From contig JAJRZD010000114.1 of assembly GCA_024275415.1 (NCBI GenBank), positions 724 through 64,723 on the forward strand: a stretch of 64,000 nt of DNA. Direction: 5' to 3'. This document shows positions 28,055 through 38,680 of this stretch, one piece after another (the stretch's first letter is position 1; each line of letters starts with the position of its first letter). The notes below the pieces were generated by a model. The model worked only from the letters and a program-made list of their open reading frames with translations. It did not search any database and was not told where the DNA came from. Origin of the DNA: an archaeon. Its GTDB lineage: Archaea > Asgardarchaeota > Thorarchaeia > Thorarchaeales > Thorarchaeaceae. The position numbers and the translations under genes were made by a program.

Positions 28055-29008
28055 CTAGATCAGATTCCGAGCTCTGAGATAGATGTAGAATGGAAAGGTG
28101 AGGATGACGCTAATCATGACTACGACGACAAATGCCAGGGGATTATCTTCCAGCGGAAGACCAACGTTCATTCCATAGATGGATGCTACAAGGGTCGGCA
28201 CACTGACCAGAAGCGAAACAGCGGTCAATGTTTTCATGACCGTATTGAGGTTGTGCCCGACGATGCTATCATAGATCTCCATCGCGTTCTCGATAAGTTC
28301 ACGATAGATCTTGCTTAGCTCAATCTGCTGTTGCAGGTCAACCTCCAAGTCCTCCAGACGGTCTTCGTCAAGAATCATCCTTCCAAAACGGTGGATACGT
28401 TTCATCCTTCGCAGTACTCTCATGTTCCCTTTTAGGGCTGCATCCACAAAGATCGCATCACGCGAGAGCTGGAAGAACTTGTCCATATGCGAGGGATAGA
28501 GCTCCTTCTGTATCGTTTCCTCAGTGTTCTTGATGGTTTCCTCGATGATATCAAGAACGGTCTCAAAGCTGTGGATGACAATCTCCCACTGGTTGTAGAT
28601 AAGTTCGCTAGCGGTGGTACTCCGACGAATCAGGTGACGAAGGCGCTTCTTTCTCAACGGTATGGCATGATGCTGCATTATGATAATATCACGACCGTTG
28701 GTGAAGATCCCGATTGGTGCAGTAGAATGCTCTCTGGGACTAGCATTAAGATCCACTGGAACGCGCAGCACCAGCATTGTGAACTTGTCCTCGATTTGAA
28801 TCCGAGGTCTCTCGTCCATGTCAAGCATATCTTGAAGGTCTTCAAGGTCAACCTCGAACTTGCTGGAGAGTGGTCCGAAGTATTCAGGTTGAATCCCAAT
28901 CATCTCAATGAGCAGTGGTTCATCGGGAGCACTTTCAAGGTCGGGATATCTGATGCCGCTTTCCAGTGCCATTATGGTAAAGGAATACTCCCTGTGCTCA
29001 CTGCTCAA
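28055..29008 (-). CDS. corA: magnesium/cobalt transporter CorA
   Basis: The 317 aa product has a C-terminal YGMNV signature and two terminal TM helices. Confidence 0.8.
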   Translation of the reverse strand: MSSEHREYSFTIMALESGIRYPDLESAPDEPLLIEMIGIQPEYFGPLSSKFEVDLEDLQDMLDMDERPRIQIEDKFTMLVLRVPVDLNASPREHSTAPIGIFTNGRDIIIMQHHAIPLRKKRLRHLIRRSTTASELIYNQWEIVIHSFETVLDIIEETIKNTEETIQKELYPSHMDKFFQLSRDAIFVDAALKGNMRVLRRMKRIHRFGRMILDEDRLEDLEVDLQQQIELSKIYRELIENAMEIYDSIVGHNLNTVMKTLTAVSLLVSVPTLVASIYGMNVGLPLEDNPLAFVVVVMISVILTFPFYIYLRARNLI

Positions 29009-29141
29009 TGATTGTTCACCTCTCAGAAGCTATCGTATCAGCTAGCCAATCCTAGCATATGGATTATGCTATTACAAGGACTCGTCCAACGATATAAGAA
29101 TCTAGTGAGGGTAAAGAAACGACAGATGCCCTCTAATGTTC

Positions 29142-30458
29142 TTAGATTACCACATTCTCGGTTTCGACCTTTCTCTTTTTGATGCTGAGGGCTTCAGAGG
29201 GGATTTTCTTTCCGCCGAAAAGCTCTGCCTCCGGCATTCCCCTGTATAATGCATCAGCAATCCGTGCAATGGCATCGGCTTTCATGATCCCAGAGCCACT
29301 TGCCCCGTTTGCAACCAAGACCCCATTCTCATAGTAGACCAATGGGATCGCATCAGGCGAGTAGCAATATCCTCCCGCCCAGCTGTTCACTGGTCGTGTG
29401 GACGCAAAGTCAGGAAAATACGCAGACAGTACAGGGAACATGCTATTCTCATAGTAGGAACTCTCTGGAACTAGCTCTTCATCTGTCTGGATGTATTTGT
29501 ATGCTCTGCCAAGTTTATCCCCACATCCGACCCAGAAACCATGCTCTTGTATTTGCGGTCTGAAATAGACGCCAGCACTGGGCAAGATGATGAACGGGCA
29601 AACCTCCATGTCATTGAAGCCTTTAGTGTTGAGGAGCTGCTTTAACCCTTCGTTGTCAGATGCATGGACCACAAACATCTGCCGTTTCTTGCATTTGGTA
29701 CGGCTGTCCATCCCGATCGGGTCTAACAGCTCATTCGCCCATGCACCAGTTGCTAGAACGACACAGTCCGCTCGGAACTCGCCCTTGTCAGTCTTCACCC
29801 CCACGACTCGTTTGTCCTGCCAGACAAAAGGCTCGCCGGGCAAATCTAACTTAGGATCGGCTTCGAGAATGAGCTTTTCCACATTGACCCCGAACCTAGG
29901 TTTGACCGAACTTATTTTCTTGAACTCCTCGAAATAGAATTCCACAAAGCGTGTAGCGTCTAGGACTCCGCAGTCAGCCCCAAAGAGACCATAGCTGACC
30001 TCCTTGAGGTTCATAAGATGTGCTTCTTCGCTGTTCGAGAAGTCCACCACGAGACTTGGGATCATGTCTTTGAGTTCGTGCTTGTCGTACACCTTGTGGC
30101 TAATCCCAGACCTTTTCATCCTTTCCATCCAGAGCTTGACACCTTCACTATTGAATTGTTCTTCGCTCAAAAGCCAGAGATACCCACACTTTTCGAACAT
30201 AAGCTCGAACCCAAGCTCTGTCTGCACATGCTCAATGAATTTGATGGTTGAATCTGTGAGAAGTTGATTGGTGGACGAAGCGAACATGTTCCGGACTGCT
30301 GCTGCACTCATGGCTGTATTTGCCTGACCTGCGGCAAGGTATCGGTCAAGCAAGAGGATCCTTTTCTCAGGATTGTTCTGCTGGAGATGGTAGGCAGTCG
30401 CCACACCAATGATTCCGGCTCCTACAACAATGATGTCAAAGGTCTCGGATTCGTTCAC
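29142..30458 (-). CDS. FAD-dependent oxidoreductase (DAO family)
   Basis: It has an N-terminal dinucleotide-binding motif (DIIVVGAGIIGVATAY). The product is 438 aa. Confidence 0.65.
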   Translation of the reverse strand: MNESETFDIIVVGAGIIGVATAYHLQQNNPEKRILLLDRYLAAGQANTAMSAAAVRNMFASSTNQLLTDSTIKFIEHVQTELGFELMFEKCGYLWLLSEEQFNSEGVKLWMERMKRSGISHKVYDKHELKDMIPSLVVDFSNSEEAHLMNLKEVSYGLFGADCGVLDATRFVEFYFEEFKKISSVKPRFGVNVEKLILEADPKLDLPGEPFVWQDKRVVGVKTDKGEFRADCVVLATGAWANELLDPIGMDSRTKCKKRQMFVVHASDNEGLKQLLNTKGFNDMEVCPFIILPSAGVYFRPQIQEHGFWVGCGDKLGRAYKYIQTDEELVPESSYYENSMFPVLSAYFPDFASTRPVNSWAGGYCYSPDAIPLVYYENGVLVANGASGSGIMKADAIARIADALYRGMPEAELFGGKKIPSEALSIKKRKVETENVVI

Positions 30459-30712
30459 AGGAACACCTCCAATGGTATGCTTCGCGGAAAAGTTCTTGCC
30501 TTTAACAGTTATGTTTTGTCGTCCATTGCAGGTCAGACATGGTATGATTTTTCCTACGAAGTATTAGGAATTCATATGCAGCGTCTTGTGCAGACTGGTC
30601 TGTGGGTTTAGCAAGAAGAACTACTTACAGTCTATTCTTATAATAATATATCCAACTTATTTTTTATATAAACAAGCATAGTTATAGGCATCTTGACGAC
30701 TGTACTACAGAA

Positions 30713-31357
30713 ATGCGATCTTGTCTACCACAGGAAGACCTTGAACAGGTCATCGCACTAGTATTGGCTGGGCTACGCGAATCCACTATACGTTGGTTTG
30801 ACGAAGCGAATCTAACGAGAGATGATACCATACATGTCATCGAACTTGTCTTAAGACGACTTGACAAGCATTGGATTGAACGAAAAATACCTCTAACGGT
30901 GATATACGTGGCAGCACGTATCATTGAAGAGGTTGTAGAGCGATTTGAGGACGAGAATGGTAAGGACTCGGCAAAGATTGGGACTGTTGTCATCGGGACC
31001 ATGAGCGAGGACTTCCACTCTTTGGGGAAGAACCTTGTAAGGCGAACGCTCATGCCTTTTTTCCATGTCCATGATCTAGGCGTGAATGTCGATATAGACC
31101 GGTTCATCTCCTGTGCTAAAGAGCATGACGCAGACATCATCGCTGTTTCAGCATTGATGATGAATTCAGTTCTTCAGCTGCAATCACTCCGCAATGCGAT
31201 TGATGATACTTCATGGAAAAAGAAACCTAAACTCATTGTAGGAGGAGCCCCTTTCACAATTGACTCTGAGTTGCACAAATATACCGGTGCTGATGCATAT
31301 GCACCAAATGCAATCGTTGTGGCAGAGAGATGTATGGCACTCATGGATGTGAAATAA
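30713..31357 (+). CDS. corrinoid (cobalamin-binding) protein of the methyltransferase-associated family
   Basis: It has the B12-binding DxHxxG motif (EDFHSLGKN) and a Rossmann-like B12 domain with an N-terminal cap helix domain. The product is 214 aa. Confidence 0.7.
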   Translation: MRSCLPQEDLEQVIALVLAGLRESTIRWFDEANLTRDDTIHVIELVLRRLDKHWIERKIPLTVIYVAARIIEEVVERFEDENGKDSAKIGTVVIGTMSEDFHSLGKNLVRRTLMPFFHVHDLGVNVDIDRFISCAKEHDADIIAVSALMMNSVLQLQSLRNAIDDTSWKKKPKLIVGGAPFTIDSELHKYTGADAYAPNAIVVAERCMALMDVK

Positions 31358-31358
31358 A

Positions 31359-32375
31359 TTGAAGCCTATAGAACGAGTCCTCAAAGCGTTGGAATTCGAG
31401 GAACCTGACAAAGTCCCTCTCTGGCTGTTGATGACAGCGCGAGGGGCCACGGAGCTAGGACTTTCAATTTCACAGTACTTTAGCAGTGCCAGTAATATTG
31501 TCAAAGGTCAACTGTTCCTGCAGGAAAAATACAATCACGATTGTGTCTATGCATTCTTTTATGCGGCAAAGGAGTATGAAGCATTCGGAGGTATGTCCAT
31601 GCAAAAGACCAGTGGGCCTCCTGAGTCGGGCCGGCCTATCTTCTCATCAGCAGAGGAGATTCTAGCAGCTGAATTGCCGGATATCGATCACGAAGCATTT
31701 TCAATCATCCATGAAACTCATAGAATGCTTAACAATGAAGTTTCTACTTGGTTGCCAATACTGAGTAATGTAGTCGCCCCGCTTTCTCTTGTTGTGATGC
31801 TTGTTGGCTTTGAGAAGTGGATTGAATGTATCATTGACACCCCAGAGATTGCACGTCAGGTCGTGGAATACCTTACAGACCATTCTATCGATCTGTCAAA
31901 CCGATATTTCGAGGATGGCGTAGCTGGTTTAGGTTATTTCAATCCTGTGGCCTCGGGTCATATCTTAAAAATCGAAGAATACAAGGATATTGCGCTTCAA
32001 TCAGATAAACGGTACTTCAGCTCAATTCATGGACTGGCTGCATACGCGCTTGCGGGGAGTCGTTGCGAATCATTGCTACCAACTCTTGTTAAGGATGTAA
32101 AGGCCCGAGCTGTATTTGTGTCAAGCCAGGATGACCTTGCATCTATCAAGAAGGAATACGGGCGAAATGTGGTTCTTATTGGAAACCTGAATAATATCTC
32201 GATGACTCATTGGGACGAAGAAACGGCCGATAATGAAGTAAAGAATTGCATTATGGCGGGTGCGAATGGTGGAGGGTTCATACTGGCTGACCATCATGGG
32301 GACATCTCATCGAGTGTCCCTCAAAAGGTAATCCAGCAGATAGAGAGGGCTCGGAATAAATGGGGAACATATTGA
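31359..32375 (+). CDS. uroporphyrinogen decarboxylase (URO-D) family methyltransferase (MtaA/MtbA/CmuA-like methylcobamide methyltransferase)
   Basis: The 338 aa product starts 2 nt after the corrinoid protein gene. It has a URO-D-like N-terminus (LKALEFEEPDKVPLW). Confidence 0.6.
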   Translation: MKPIERVLKALEFEEPDKVPLWLLMTARGATELGLSISQYFSSASNIVKGQLFLQEKYNHDCVYAFFYAAKEYEAFGGMSMQKTSGPPESGRPIFSSAEEILAAELPDIDHEAFSIIHETHRMLNNEVSTWLPILSNVVAPLSLVVMLVGFEKWIECIIDTPEIARQVVEYLTDHSIDLSNRYFEDGVAGLGYFNPVASGHILKIEEYKDIALQSDKRYFSSIHGLAAYALAGSRCESLLPTLVKDVKARAVFVSSQDDLASIKKEYGRNVVLIGNLNNISMTHWDEETADNEVKNCIMAGANGGGFILADHHGDISSSVPQKVIQQIERARNKWGTY

Positions 32376-33634
32376 TGGAGCCAGACAACAAACATACCCG
32401 CAGACCTGTTAGCGGGAAATCTGATGAGAACCTTGATGAGCTCAGGCAGAACTCAGCAAAATACGCACTCATCCAATATGTTCTTGGTAGTATTGTTGAA
32501 CACTCCAAACCCGAGGAGTCGCTTGCACTTATCTTGCAGGAGATAGCCACTCTAACGGCAGGGAAACTCCGATTGTTTGTCGAGATACACAAGGGCATCT
32601 GGGAAGGATTTTCACTGGAACACTATGAGAAACATCGTTCATGGCTTTCAAGGTATCTAATAGATGAAGACCTCTATTCTGCTGTCACAAGATTTGGCGA
32701 TGTCATCTATTATCGAAACTTGCCAGAAAGAAACAGGATATCAGAAGATATCAGACAGCACCTCGTCAAATCACAGGCGGAGTCGTTAGTGCTGGTACTG
32801 CTTCGGGGAAAGCCAAACATTGTCATTGAGGTTCAAGACTTCATCATCCCTGACCGGGCTGATCGGTACCTTGAGGCGATAAGGGAATTTGTACTCCCCC
32901 TGAAGCTGTCGTTACATCATACAATCCTATTGGAAGAGAGCGAGCGTGCGCGCAGACGTGCAGATCTCCTTCTCGACCTCCTTTTTCATGACATTAGGAA
33001 TTCACTCAACAACATGCAGGTTTCCCTTGAGCTGTTGGAAATGCGATGGGACGACAAACAGCGGTCTCGGGAGAACCTTCTACAAGCAATGGACTGCTCC
33101 AGAACCGCAAATAGGTTGCTAGACCGAGTGAAACGAATTCTCACCATGATGCCAAAGGATGATTTATCGTCGTATGACCTCTGCACTGTATTCGAAACCT
33201 GTGTCGCAACAGTACGAGCGAATCACAGGGACATCACGACTGACATAGCATTCCCACGCCCTTCTACATGCCAGATAAAGGTGCTTGGAAACGATTTGAT
33301 ATACGACCTCTTTGAGAATTTGCTTTCTAATGCCGTGAAGGCGATGAAAGGAAAGGTAGGAAAAATCACTATAGAGGCAGATGTATGGGACATCAATCCA
33401 GCGTTTGCACATATCAAAATAATCGATCAGGGCTCAGGAATGCCTGAGAAAATAAGGCCTCAAGTGGCTGGCCGGTTCCTTACGGAGAGCACAAGTGGCA
33501 TAGGACTGGGGTTAAGCATCGTGATGCGAATTCTCGAGGAAATAGATGGGTACCTTTGGTATGAGAACAGGGTTCCCGATGACATATCAAAAGGCACCAT
33601 AGCAAATGTCGCGTTGCGAATTGACCGCAAATGA
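32360..33634 (+). CDS. sensor histidine kinase (cytoplasmic)
   Basis: It has an H-box (LFHDIRNSLNNMQ) and HATPase_c G-boxes (IIDQGSGMP, GIGLGLSIV). The product is 424 aa. Confidence 0.8.
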   Translation: MGNILMEPDNKHTRRPVSGKSDENLDELRQNSAKYALIQYVLGSIVEHSKPEESLALILQEIATLTAGKLRLFVEIHKGIWEGFSLEHYEKHRSWLSRYLIDEDLYSAVTRFGDVIYYRNLPERNRISEDIRQHLVKSQAESLVLVLLRGKPNIVIEVQDFIIPDRADRYLEAIREFVLPLKLSLHHTILLEESERARRRADLLLDLLFHDIRNSLNNMQVSLELLEMRWDDKQRSRENLLQAMDCSRTANRLLDRVKRILTMMPKDDLSSYDLCTVFETCVATVRANHRDITTDIAFPRPSTCQIKVLGNDLIYDLFENLLSNAVKAMKGKVGKITIEADVWDINPAFAHIKIIDQGSGMPEKIRPQVAGRFLTESTSGIGLGLSIVMRILEEIDGYLWYENRVPDDISKGTIANVALRIDRK

Positions 33635-33970
33635 GCCAAATGCTAGTTATCGGTCGCTAAATAGGAACTCGGATACAATTGAGTGTGAGGGGTTCAAACA
33701 GCTGCGCTACACGTACCCAAACTCGGGCATCTCTTAGATGGCATTCAAAGTAATTTACAGGGCTTTATAGACTCGATCACTCTCATAGGAGTATGAGGGT
33801 GATATGACACACAAACGGCCTTTGTAGAGTCCACCCCGTGCCGTTCGTGGGAGTACGTCACTCTAGTGTCCAGGATTGTGCAACTAAAATGAACGGTTTC
33901 AAATCGCAAGTATCTTATACAACCTGATACAGGACTGAGCCTGACCCCATAGTGTGTAGAGGTAAAGATC

Positions 33971-34738
33971 ATGAGTGAAAATGACAGCCTTGACCTCACC
34001 TATGCTGAGGGTCATTCGGACACAATTCTATTTGCCATAGGAGCTATACTGGCGGCGCTCTATGGCGTGGGCTCTTTAATTCCAATCAGCGTCTTTCTTG
34101 GTGCCACAGCAACCATAAGCCTGACCTTGCTGATCGCCCCGCTTTTCGGAATCCTGTTAGGTCCATGGAAAGGTTCATTCTTCGGGCTTGTTGGTGGACT
34201 GACAGCGTTTGTTATTGGCGGATCTGGCGGGTTGTACCAGCTCATCCCCTTTCTCTTCCTATCGCCAGCTATCTCCGGACTTTTGACAGGACTTGTAGCA
34301 CATCCGAAACAAGGAGATATCAGGTTCCCAGGAGGACTATTCACGGCAGCATATCTTTCAATCATCATCGTCCTTTATGAGGTCGTGAACTATGAGGGGT
34401 GGTGGTTCATGCTCTACTATATGGTCGCCGTGGTCGTTGCGCTGGTCGTTCAAATCACTGGTATTGAGTTGCGATTTGAAGAGGTACGAGATAACCGGAT
34501 TACCAAGCTTGTCCTGTTTGCGATAATTGGGACGATGACTGACTTTTCCCTGATGACGATGGGTGCAGTGTATATCATGGGACTTGAGCCACTCCTGTTC
34601 GGGTTCGTGATATTCCCAGCCATGCTGATAGAACGCACTGCTGCTATCATTATCAGTGTGATTATCACAACGGCAGTGATCAAGGCATTCCCAGAAGTTT
34701 GGGGATCTAACCAAGTGCCTTCAAAATCAGCCTCATAG
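33971..34738 (+). CDS. polytopic membrane protein, possible transporter substrate-binding component
   Basis: The 255 aa product has about 6 TM helices and Gly-rich helices. Its family is not confidently assigned. Confidence 0.4.
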   Translation: MSENDSLDLTYAEGHSDTILFAIGAILAALYGVGSLIPISVFLGATATISLTLLIAPLFGILLGPWKGSFFGLVGGLTAFVIGGSGGLYQLIPFLFLSPAISGLLTGLVAHPKQGDIRFPGGLFTAAYLSIIIVLYEVVNYEGWWFMLYYMVAVVVALVVQITGIELRFEEVRDNRITKLVLFAIIGTMTDFSLMTMGAVYIMGLEPLLFGFVIFPAMLIERTAAIIISVIITTAVIKAFPEVWGSNQVPSKSAS

Positions 34739-35315
34739 CATCTACTTGCATATCAAGTGGCATGGTTGCCATGGAAAGATTATCTTTTTCCAGGGCCTGT
34801 TCGGGCAGGGGCGGCAGGTGGATGAATGTCGCCTTTGCCTTGACAGAGCCCGATGCTATCCAGTTGAGAACATTGAACAAGATCCAGTTGCACCCATACG
34901 TGCCAGCATGATAGCTCACAGCTGCCGGAATTCCCATTGTCTTGATCTGGTCAACTAGCCCATGCACATCGATGGTGGAGAAATAGGCTGCTGGAGCATC
35001 AGGTTTGATGATATACTCTGATGGGGCAAAGTCATAGTTGTCTTTCCGACTGGTATTGACAACATTCAGCCCTACAAACTCGAGTGTTAACGCAGCCCGA
35101 TTGGCTTGTCCGCAACACAAGACGTACTTGGGATTGTGCTTGACAATGAAGTCCTTAAGCATACTGTCTGCTTTCTTATAATCCAGTGGAAGGACAATCC
35201 CATAGACCCTCTTATTGAAAACGTCAGTCCCGTCTAGGATCTTTACAATCTCTGCAGAGGGATTGATTGAATATCCGTCAAAGGGCTCGAAGCCTGAAAT
35301 AGCGACCTTCTCCAC
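34707..35315 (-). CDS. pcp: pyroglutamyl-peptidase I (pyrrolidone-carboxylate peptidase, C15)
   Basis: It has an N-terminal VAISGFEPFDG and a catalytic Cys context (AGTYGCNW). The product is 202 aa. Confidence 0.7.
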   Translation of the reverse strand: MEKVAISGFEPFDGYSINPSAEIVKILDGTDVFNKRVYGIVLPLDYKKADSMLKDFIVKHNPKYVLCCGQANRAALTLEFVGLNVVNTSRKDNYDFAPSEYIIKPDAPAAYFSTIDVHGLVDQIKTMGIPAAVSYHAGTYGCNWILFNVLNWIASGSVKAKATFIHLPPLPEQALEKDNLSMATMPLDMQVDAMRLILKALG

Positions 35316-35367
35316 CAGCCACCACCCACCTTACGTTTCTTACCACCTCATCAGATTCATCTTCTAA

Positions 35368-36030
35368 TCAAGTTATTGCAAGAAAGATGAAGTAGACACC
35401 AAGGACAACTTGAAAGATTCCAATCCCTACGTTGACCCAGTTGATCCCTTTGAATCCAGCTCGCTTCGCAGCCATCTCTGTCCCAGTGGTCAGGAAGGCT
35501 CCGAACAGGAAATCTGTTGAGATATGAGTAATATAGATCAGCACCCCTGCGATGAACACCGTGCCGACACCGACCTGTAGCTCGCCCACTAGCATGGTGA
35601 CGTTGCTTAACCCGACTGCGGCCCACCAGAGCAAGAAATATGGCGAAAAGATGCTTACGGCAGCACCCTGAGCGGTTGCTTCTACGATACTTGACAGGTT
35701 CTCAGTCGTGTTTCTAGATTCACGCTCAGCATCACTCGTCTTGTATTGGTAGTCCCTCAATGCGAGAGCACCAAACAGAACAATGACAATCCCCCCTAGA
35801 CCAATCATAAGGCTCACAGCGACGGGGTCAAATGCAAAAAGCTGGGCACTGATGATGATAGCAGCAACTATTCCCAGCTCGACAATCGCATGTCCTACCA
35901 TAGGAAGGATACCATGTAAGCGTCCGTGCCTATTCGACTGCATGATGACCGCTGCGGAGAGCGGGCCTGGTGCTAACGCCCCAGTAAGGGAAAGTCCGAA
36001 CCATATCAAAAGGATTTCAATGATGCTCAT
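35368..36030 (-). CDS. LysE/RhtB family amino-acid exporter-like membrane protein
   Basis: It has an APGPLSAAV motif near the N-terminus and about 6 TM helices. The product is 220 aa. Confidence 0.5.
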   Translation of the reverse strand: MSIIEILLIWFGLSLTGALAPGPLSAAVIMQSNRHGRLHGILPMVGHAIVELGIVAAIIISAQLFAFDPVAVSLMIGLGGIVIVLFGALALRDYQYKTSDAERESRNTTENLSSIVEATAQGAAVSIFSPYFLLWWAAVGLSNVTMLVGELQVGVGTVFIAGVLIYITHISTDFLFGAFLTTGTEMAAKRAGFKGINWVNVGIGIFQVVLGVYFIFLAIT

Positions 36031-36197
36031 CTATGCCACACCCGATAGGAAATACCATGCAAAAAAAAGATGATGTTATAATCAATCAACGCTACTGGCA
36101 CTGCCATTGTATTACAACCAAGGGTATTTGGGCTGTTTAGAATACATTTAATAGCCTTACAACGTCGAACAATGTAATTCCATGGGGCTGTAAATCA

Positions 36198-37316
36198 TTG
36201 AAACAAGTTCAAGTTGCTGTTCCCTATGATAAAGCTGAGGCAGTGTATGACTTTCTTCTAGATGTACTGAATGTAAAGAATCTGACGAGGTTCATCACTG
36301 ACACAGCTCATATCTATCAGTTCAGGATTACAGATGATGCCATAACCGATACTGTGGAAGGACTAAAGAGCCGTGGTGTAGGTGTGGACTATGGATTCAT
36401 CGACATTTGGGATCTCAAGGCGGCATTGCCAAGAGGAATCTCTGAAGAATCACAGGAAACGAAGATCCAACGTGAGGCGACTCTGGCTGTTGAAGAGATC
36501 TATGATAGCGTGAAAAAGCAGGCATCGTTGAGCTTCGACTTTATGGCGTTCGTTGTCTTTGCTGCTGTAATGGCTGGATTCGGACTCATCCAGAACAACG
36601 TCACGATTATCGTTGCATCCATGCTTCTCTCTCCATTGATGGGTCCAATGCTTGGTGTGGCATTAGGCTATGTTGTGGGAGACAAGAAACTCTTCATCAA
36701 GGGAACCATGAATGAACTCATGGCGTTGGGGCTCAGCTTTGGGATGGGTATCATAATGGCACTCATTGTCCCGATCCTTTACCCTGAAGGCTCGTTCATC
36801 GATGTTGTAGAGAGCCAGTGGGACACCTCGCAGTGGGCTCCAATAGTTCTCACAGAGATTACGCGTAGAGGGACGTTGTTCACGCCTTTAGACATTGGAG
36901 TGGCAGTATTTTCAGGAGCTGCCGTGGCTGTATCAGTCACCAAGGGCGATATGTCCTCACTTGTAGGCGTTGCAATCTCTGCCGCATTGATGCCTCCTGC
37001 AGTAAACGTGGGAATGATGATCACGCTCGGGTTAATCTATAACTCAGCTGCTGGTATCCAAATTGGTCTGGGATCTTTGGCTTTGCTGTCCATGAACATT
37101 ATCCTCATCGACGTGGCTGCAATAATCATGTTCCGAATAAAGAAGCTAGGTGTAATTGCAGACAAGTCGGCACAGTGGCGTGCAGTGACCCGTTTCAGAC
37201 AAAGTTCATCATCCTTATATCATCGTAACCCCTCATCATTCGTTAGCACGAAGAAAAAGGATTCAGAGAAGCCTACTCCGAAAGCGTCTGAAAAAGGCAC
37301 GGATTCCTCGTCATGA
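36198..37316 (+). CDS. DUF389 family membrane protein
   Basis: An N-terminal soluble domain is followed by a TM region with SPLMGPMLG. The C-terminal tail is Ser-rich. Confidence 0.5.
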   Translation: MKQVQVAVPYDKAEAVYDFLLDVLNVKNLTRFITDTAHIYQFRITDDAITDTVEGLKSRGVGVDYGFIDIWDLKAALPRGISEESQETKIQREATLAVEEIYDSVKKQASLSFDFMAFVVFAAVMAGFGLIQNNVTIIVASMLLSPLMGPMLGVALGYVVGDKKLFIKGTMNELMALGLSFGMGIIMALIVPILYPEGSFIDVVESQWDTSQWAPIVLTEITRRGTLFTPLDIGVAVFSGAAVAVSVTKGDMSSLVGVAISAALMPPAVNVGMMITLGLIYNSAAGIQIGLGSLALLSMNIILIDVAAIIMFRIKKLGVIADKSAQWRAVTRFRQSSSSLYHRNPSSFVSTKKKDSEKPTPKASEKGTDSSS

Positions 37317-37413
37317 GAAAAAAGCGGATGCCACGATACCTATAGTATTACCACTGTGATACATCAACCTATAGTGGAAACGAGGGTTACCACCTTTAGA
37401 ATGTTGAACAGAA

Positions 37414-37683
37414 GTGATTTCAATGGCAGGTAAGACCAAGCTCTTCAAGGGGCTCACAGAACATGATATCCTAACATGGGAAGAGGAGAAGATGCGATTC
37501 CAGAGAAGAGTAGGTCAGAAGGTCACCGATCTGCAATTCTTACGGCACCTGCTCATGGTCGCCTCACGACCTGTGATATCTGGAAAGGACGGGGTTTCGA
37601 AAGGATTCCTCTCTGGGAACGGACCGATATACGACAAAGCTGATACGTTATTGGAGAAATATCGTTCAAGAACTCCACCCTGA
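37414..37683 (+). CDS. small hypothetical protein
   Basis: This is an 89 aa ORF. Confidence 0.2.
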   Translation: MISMAGKTKLFKGLTEHDILTWEEEKMRFQRRVGQKVTDLQFLRHLLMVASRPVISGKDGVSKGFLSGNGPIYDKADTLLEKYRSRTPP

Positions 37684-37986
37684 GAGGGAAGTCATATCTG
37701 ATCAGGGATATGCACAACTCTCAAAGCTTATATACCATTTATTCACTAGAATCTAGTGACCAACTATTCACTAGAGGAACACCAACTATGTACATGAGCA
37801 GTGAGATACATTTTGAAGATGAAGAATCTACAAAGCGATCCAACATTGGTGATAACCAACAAGGATTCTGGTTCGATGCTGGTCTTTATCGGGAATGGCT
37901 TGTATTTCTCCATGAGATATGGCAATCAGTCGAGTATCTTTAAGAGAAAAGAACAAGGCACAATGACTCGATAAGATCAATGTAAG

Positions 37987-38679
37987 GTGATGATGATGAA
38001 GGGCTCATCGAGAGATTCCGATTATTTGGACACGATTTTCAAGGCACTCGGACATATCACTCGAAGAAGAATACTCAGACTATTAGCCCAGAGACCTCAT
38101 TATCCTTATGAGCTAAGCAAGACTCTTGGATTCACTTCAAGAGTCATTATCAAGCATCTGGAAGTACTTGAGAACGCGGGAATCGTTGAAACCGAAGCAG
38201 GTGAACGGAGCCTAGGACCTGAGAGGACGTACTACAAGCTCCGTGCAGGGTTCGGTCTTTCCACCACCATCCTCCCCAATTCCTTTGCGGTTCATCTACG
38301 TCCCAATACAAGGATAACTACCATCCGAGCAAGAATATCGCTTCCTCCTGTCCGCAACGATGTCCGTGCGGTCAAGATATTGCTGAATGAACTCAGGAAG
38401 ATTGACCGACAAATTACCGCTCTTGAGGAAAAACGCCTTCAGCTGATGAACCATCGGGGACTGATCATCCAGAAGATTGAGAACATCATGGAGAACTGTT
38501 CATGGGATGAAGAGAGCTGTAGATTGATACGGAGTCATATCAATCCTGTAGATACAGGGAATGATGTCAGCGATGAGAAGCCGATCGAGAAAGTGTTGGA
38601 CATTTTTGAAAAACGGTTCTCAGGGAAAGCCAGTAAAAAGAAGGACGATAAACAAGAAGTCCGGATTGAGTTCGATTAG
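37987..38679 (+). CDS. ArsR-family winged-helix transcriptional regulator with a C-terminal coiled-coil extension
   Basis: The HTH region is IFKALGHITRRRILRLLAQRPHYPYELSKTLGFTSRVIIKHLEVLENAGIV. The gene ends in TAG. Confidence 0.7.
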   Translation: MMMMKGSSRDSDYLDTIFKALGHITRRRILRLLAQRPHYPYELSKTLGFTSRVIIKHLEVLENAGIVETEAGERSLGPERTYYKLRAGFGLSTTILPNSFAVHLRPNTRITTIRARISLPPVRNDVRAVKILLNELRKIDRQITALEEKRLQLMNHRGLIIQKIENIMENCSWDEESCRLIRSHINPVDTGNDVSDEKPIEKVLDIFEKRFSGKASKKKDDKQEVRIEFD

Positions 38680-38680
38680 T

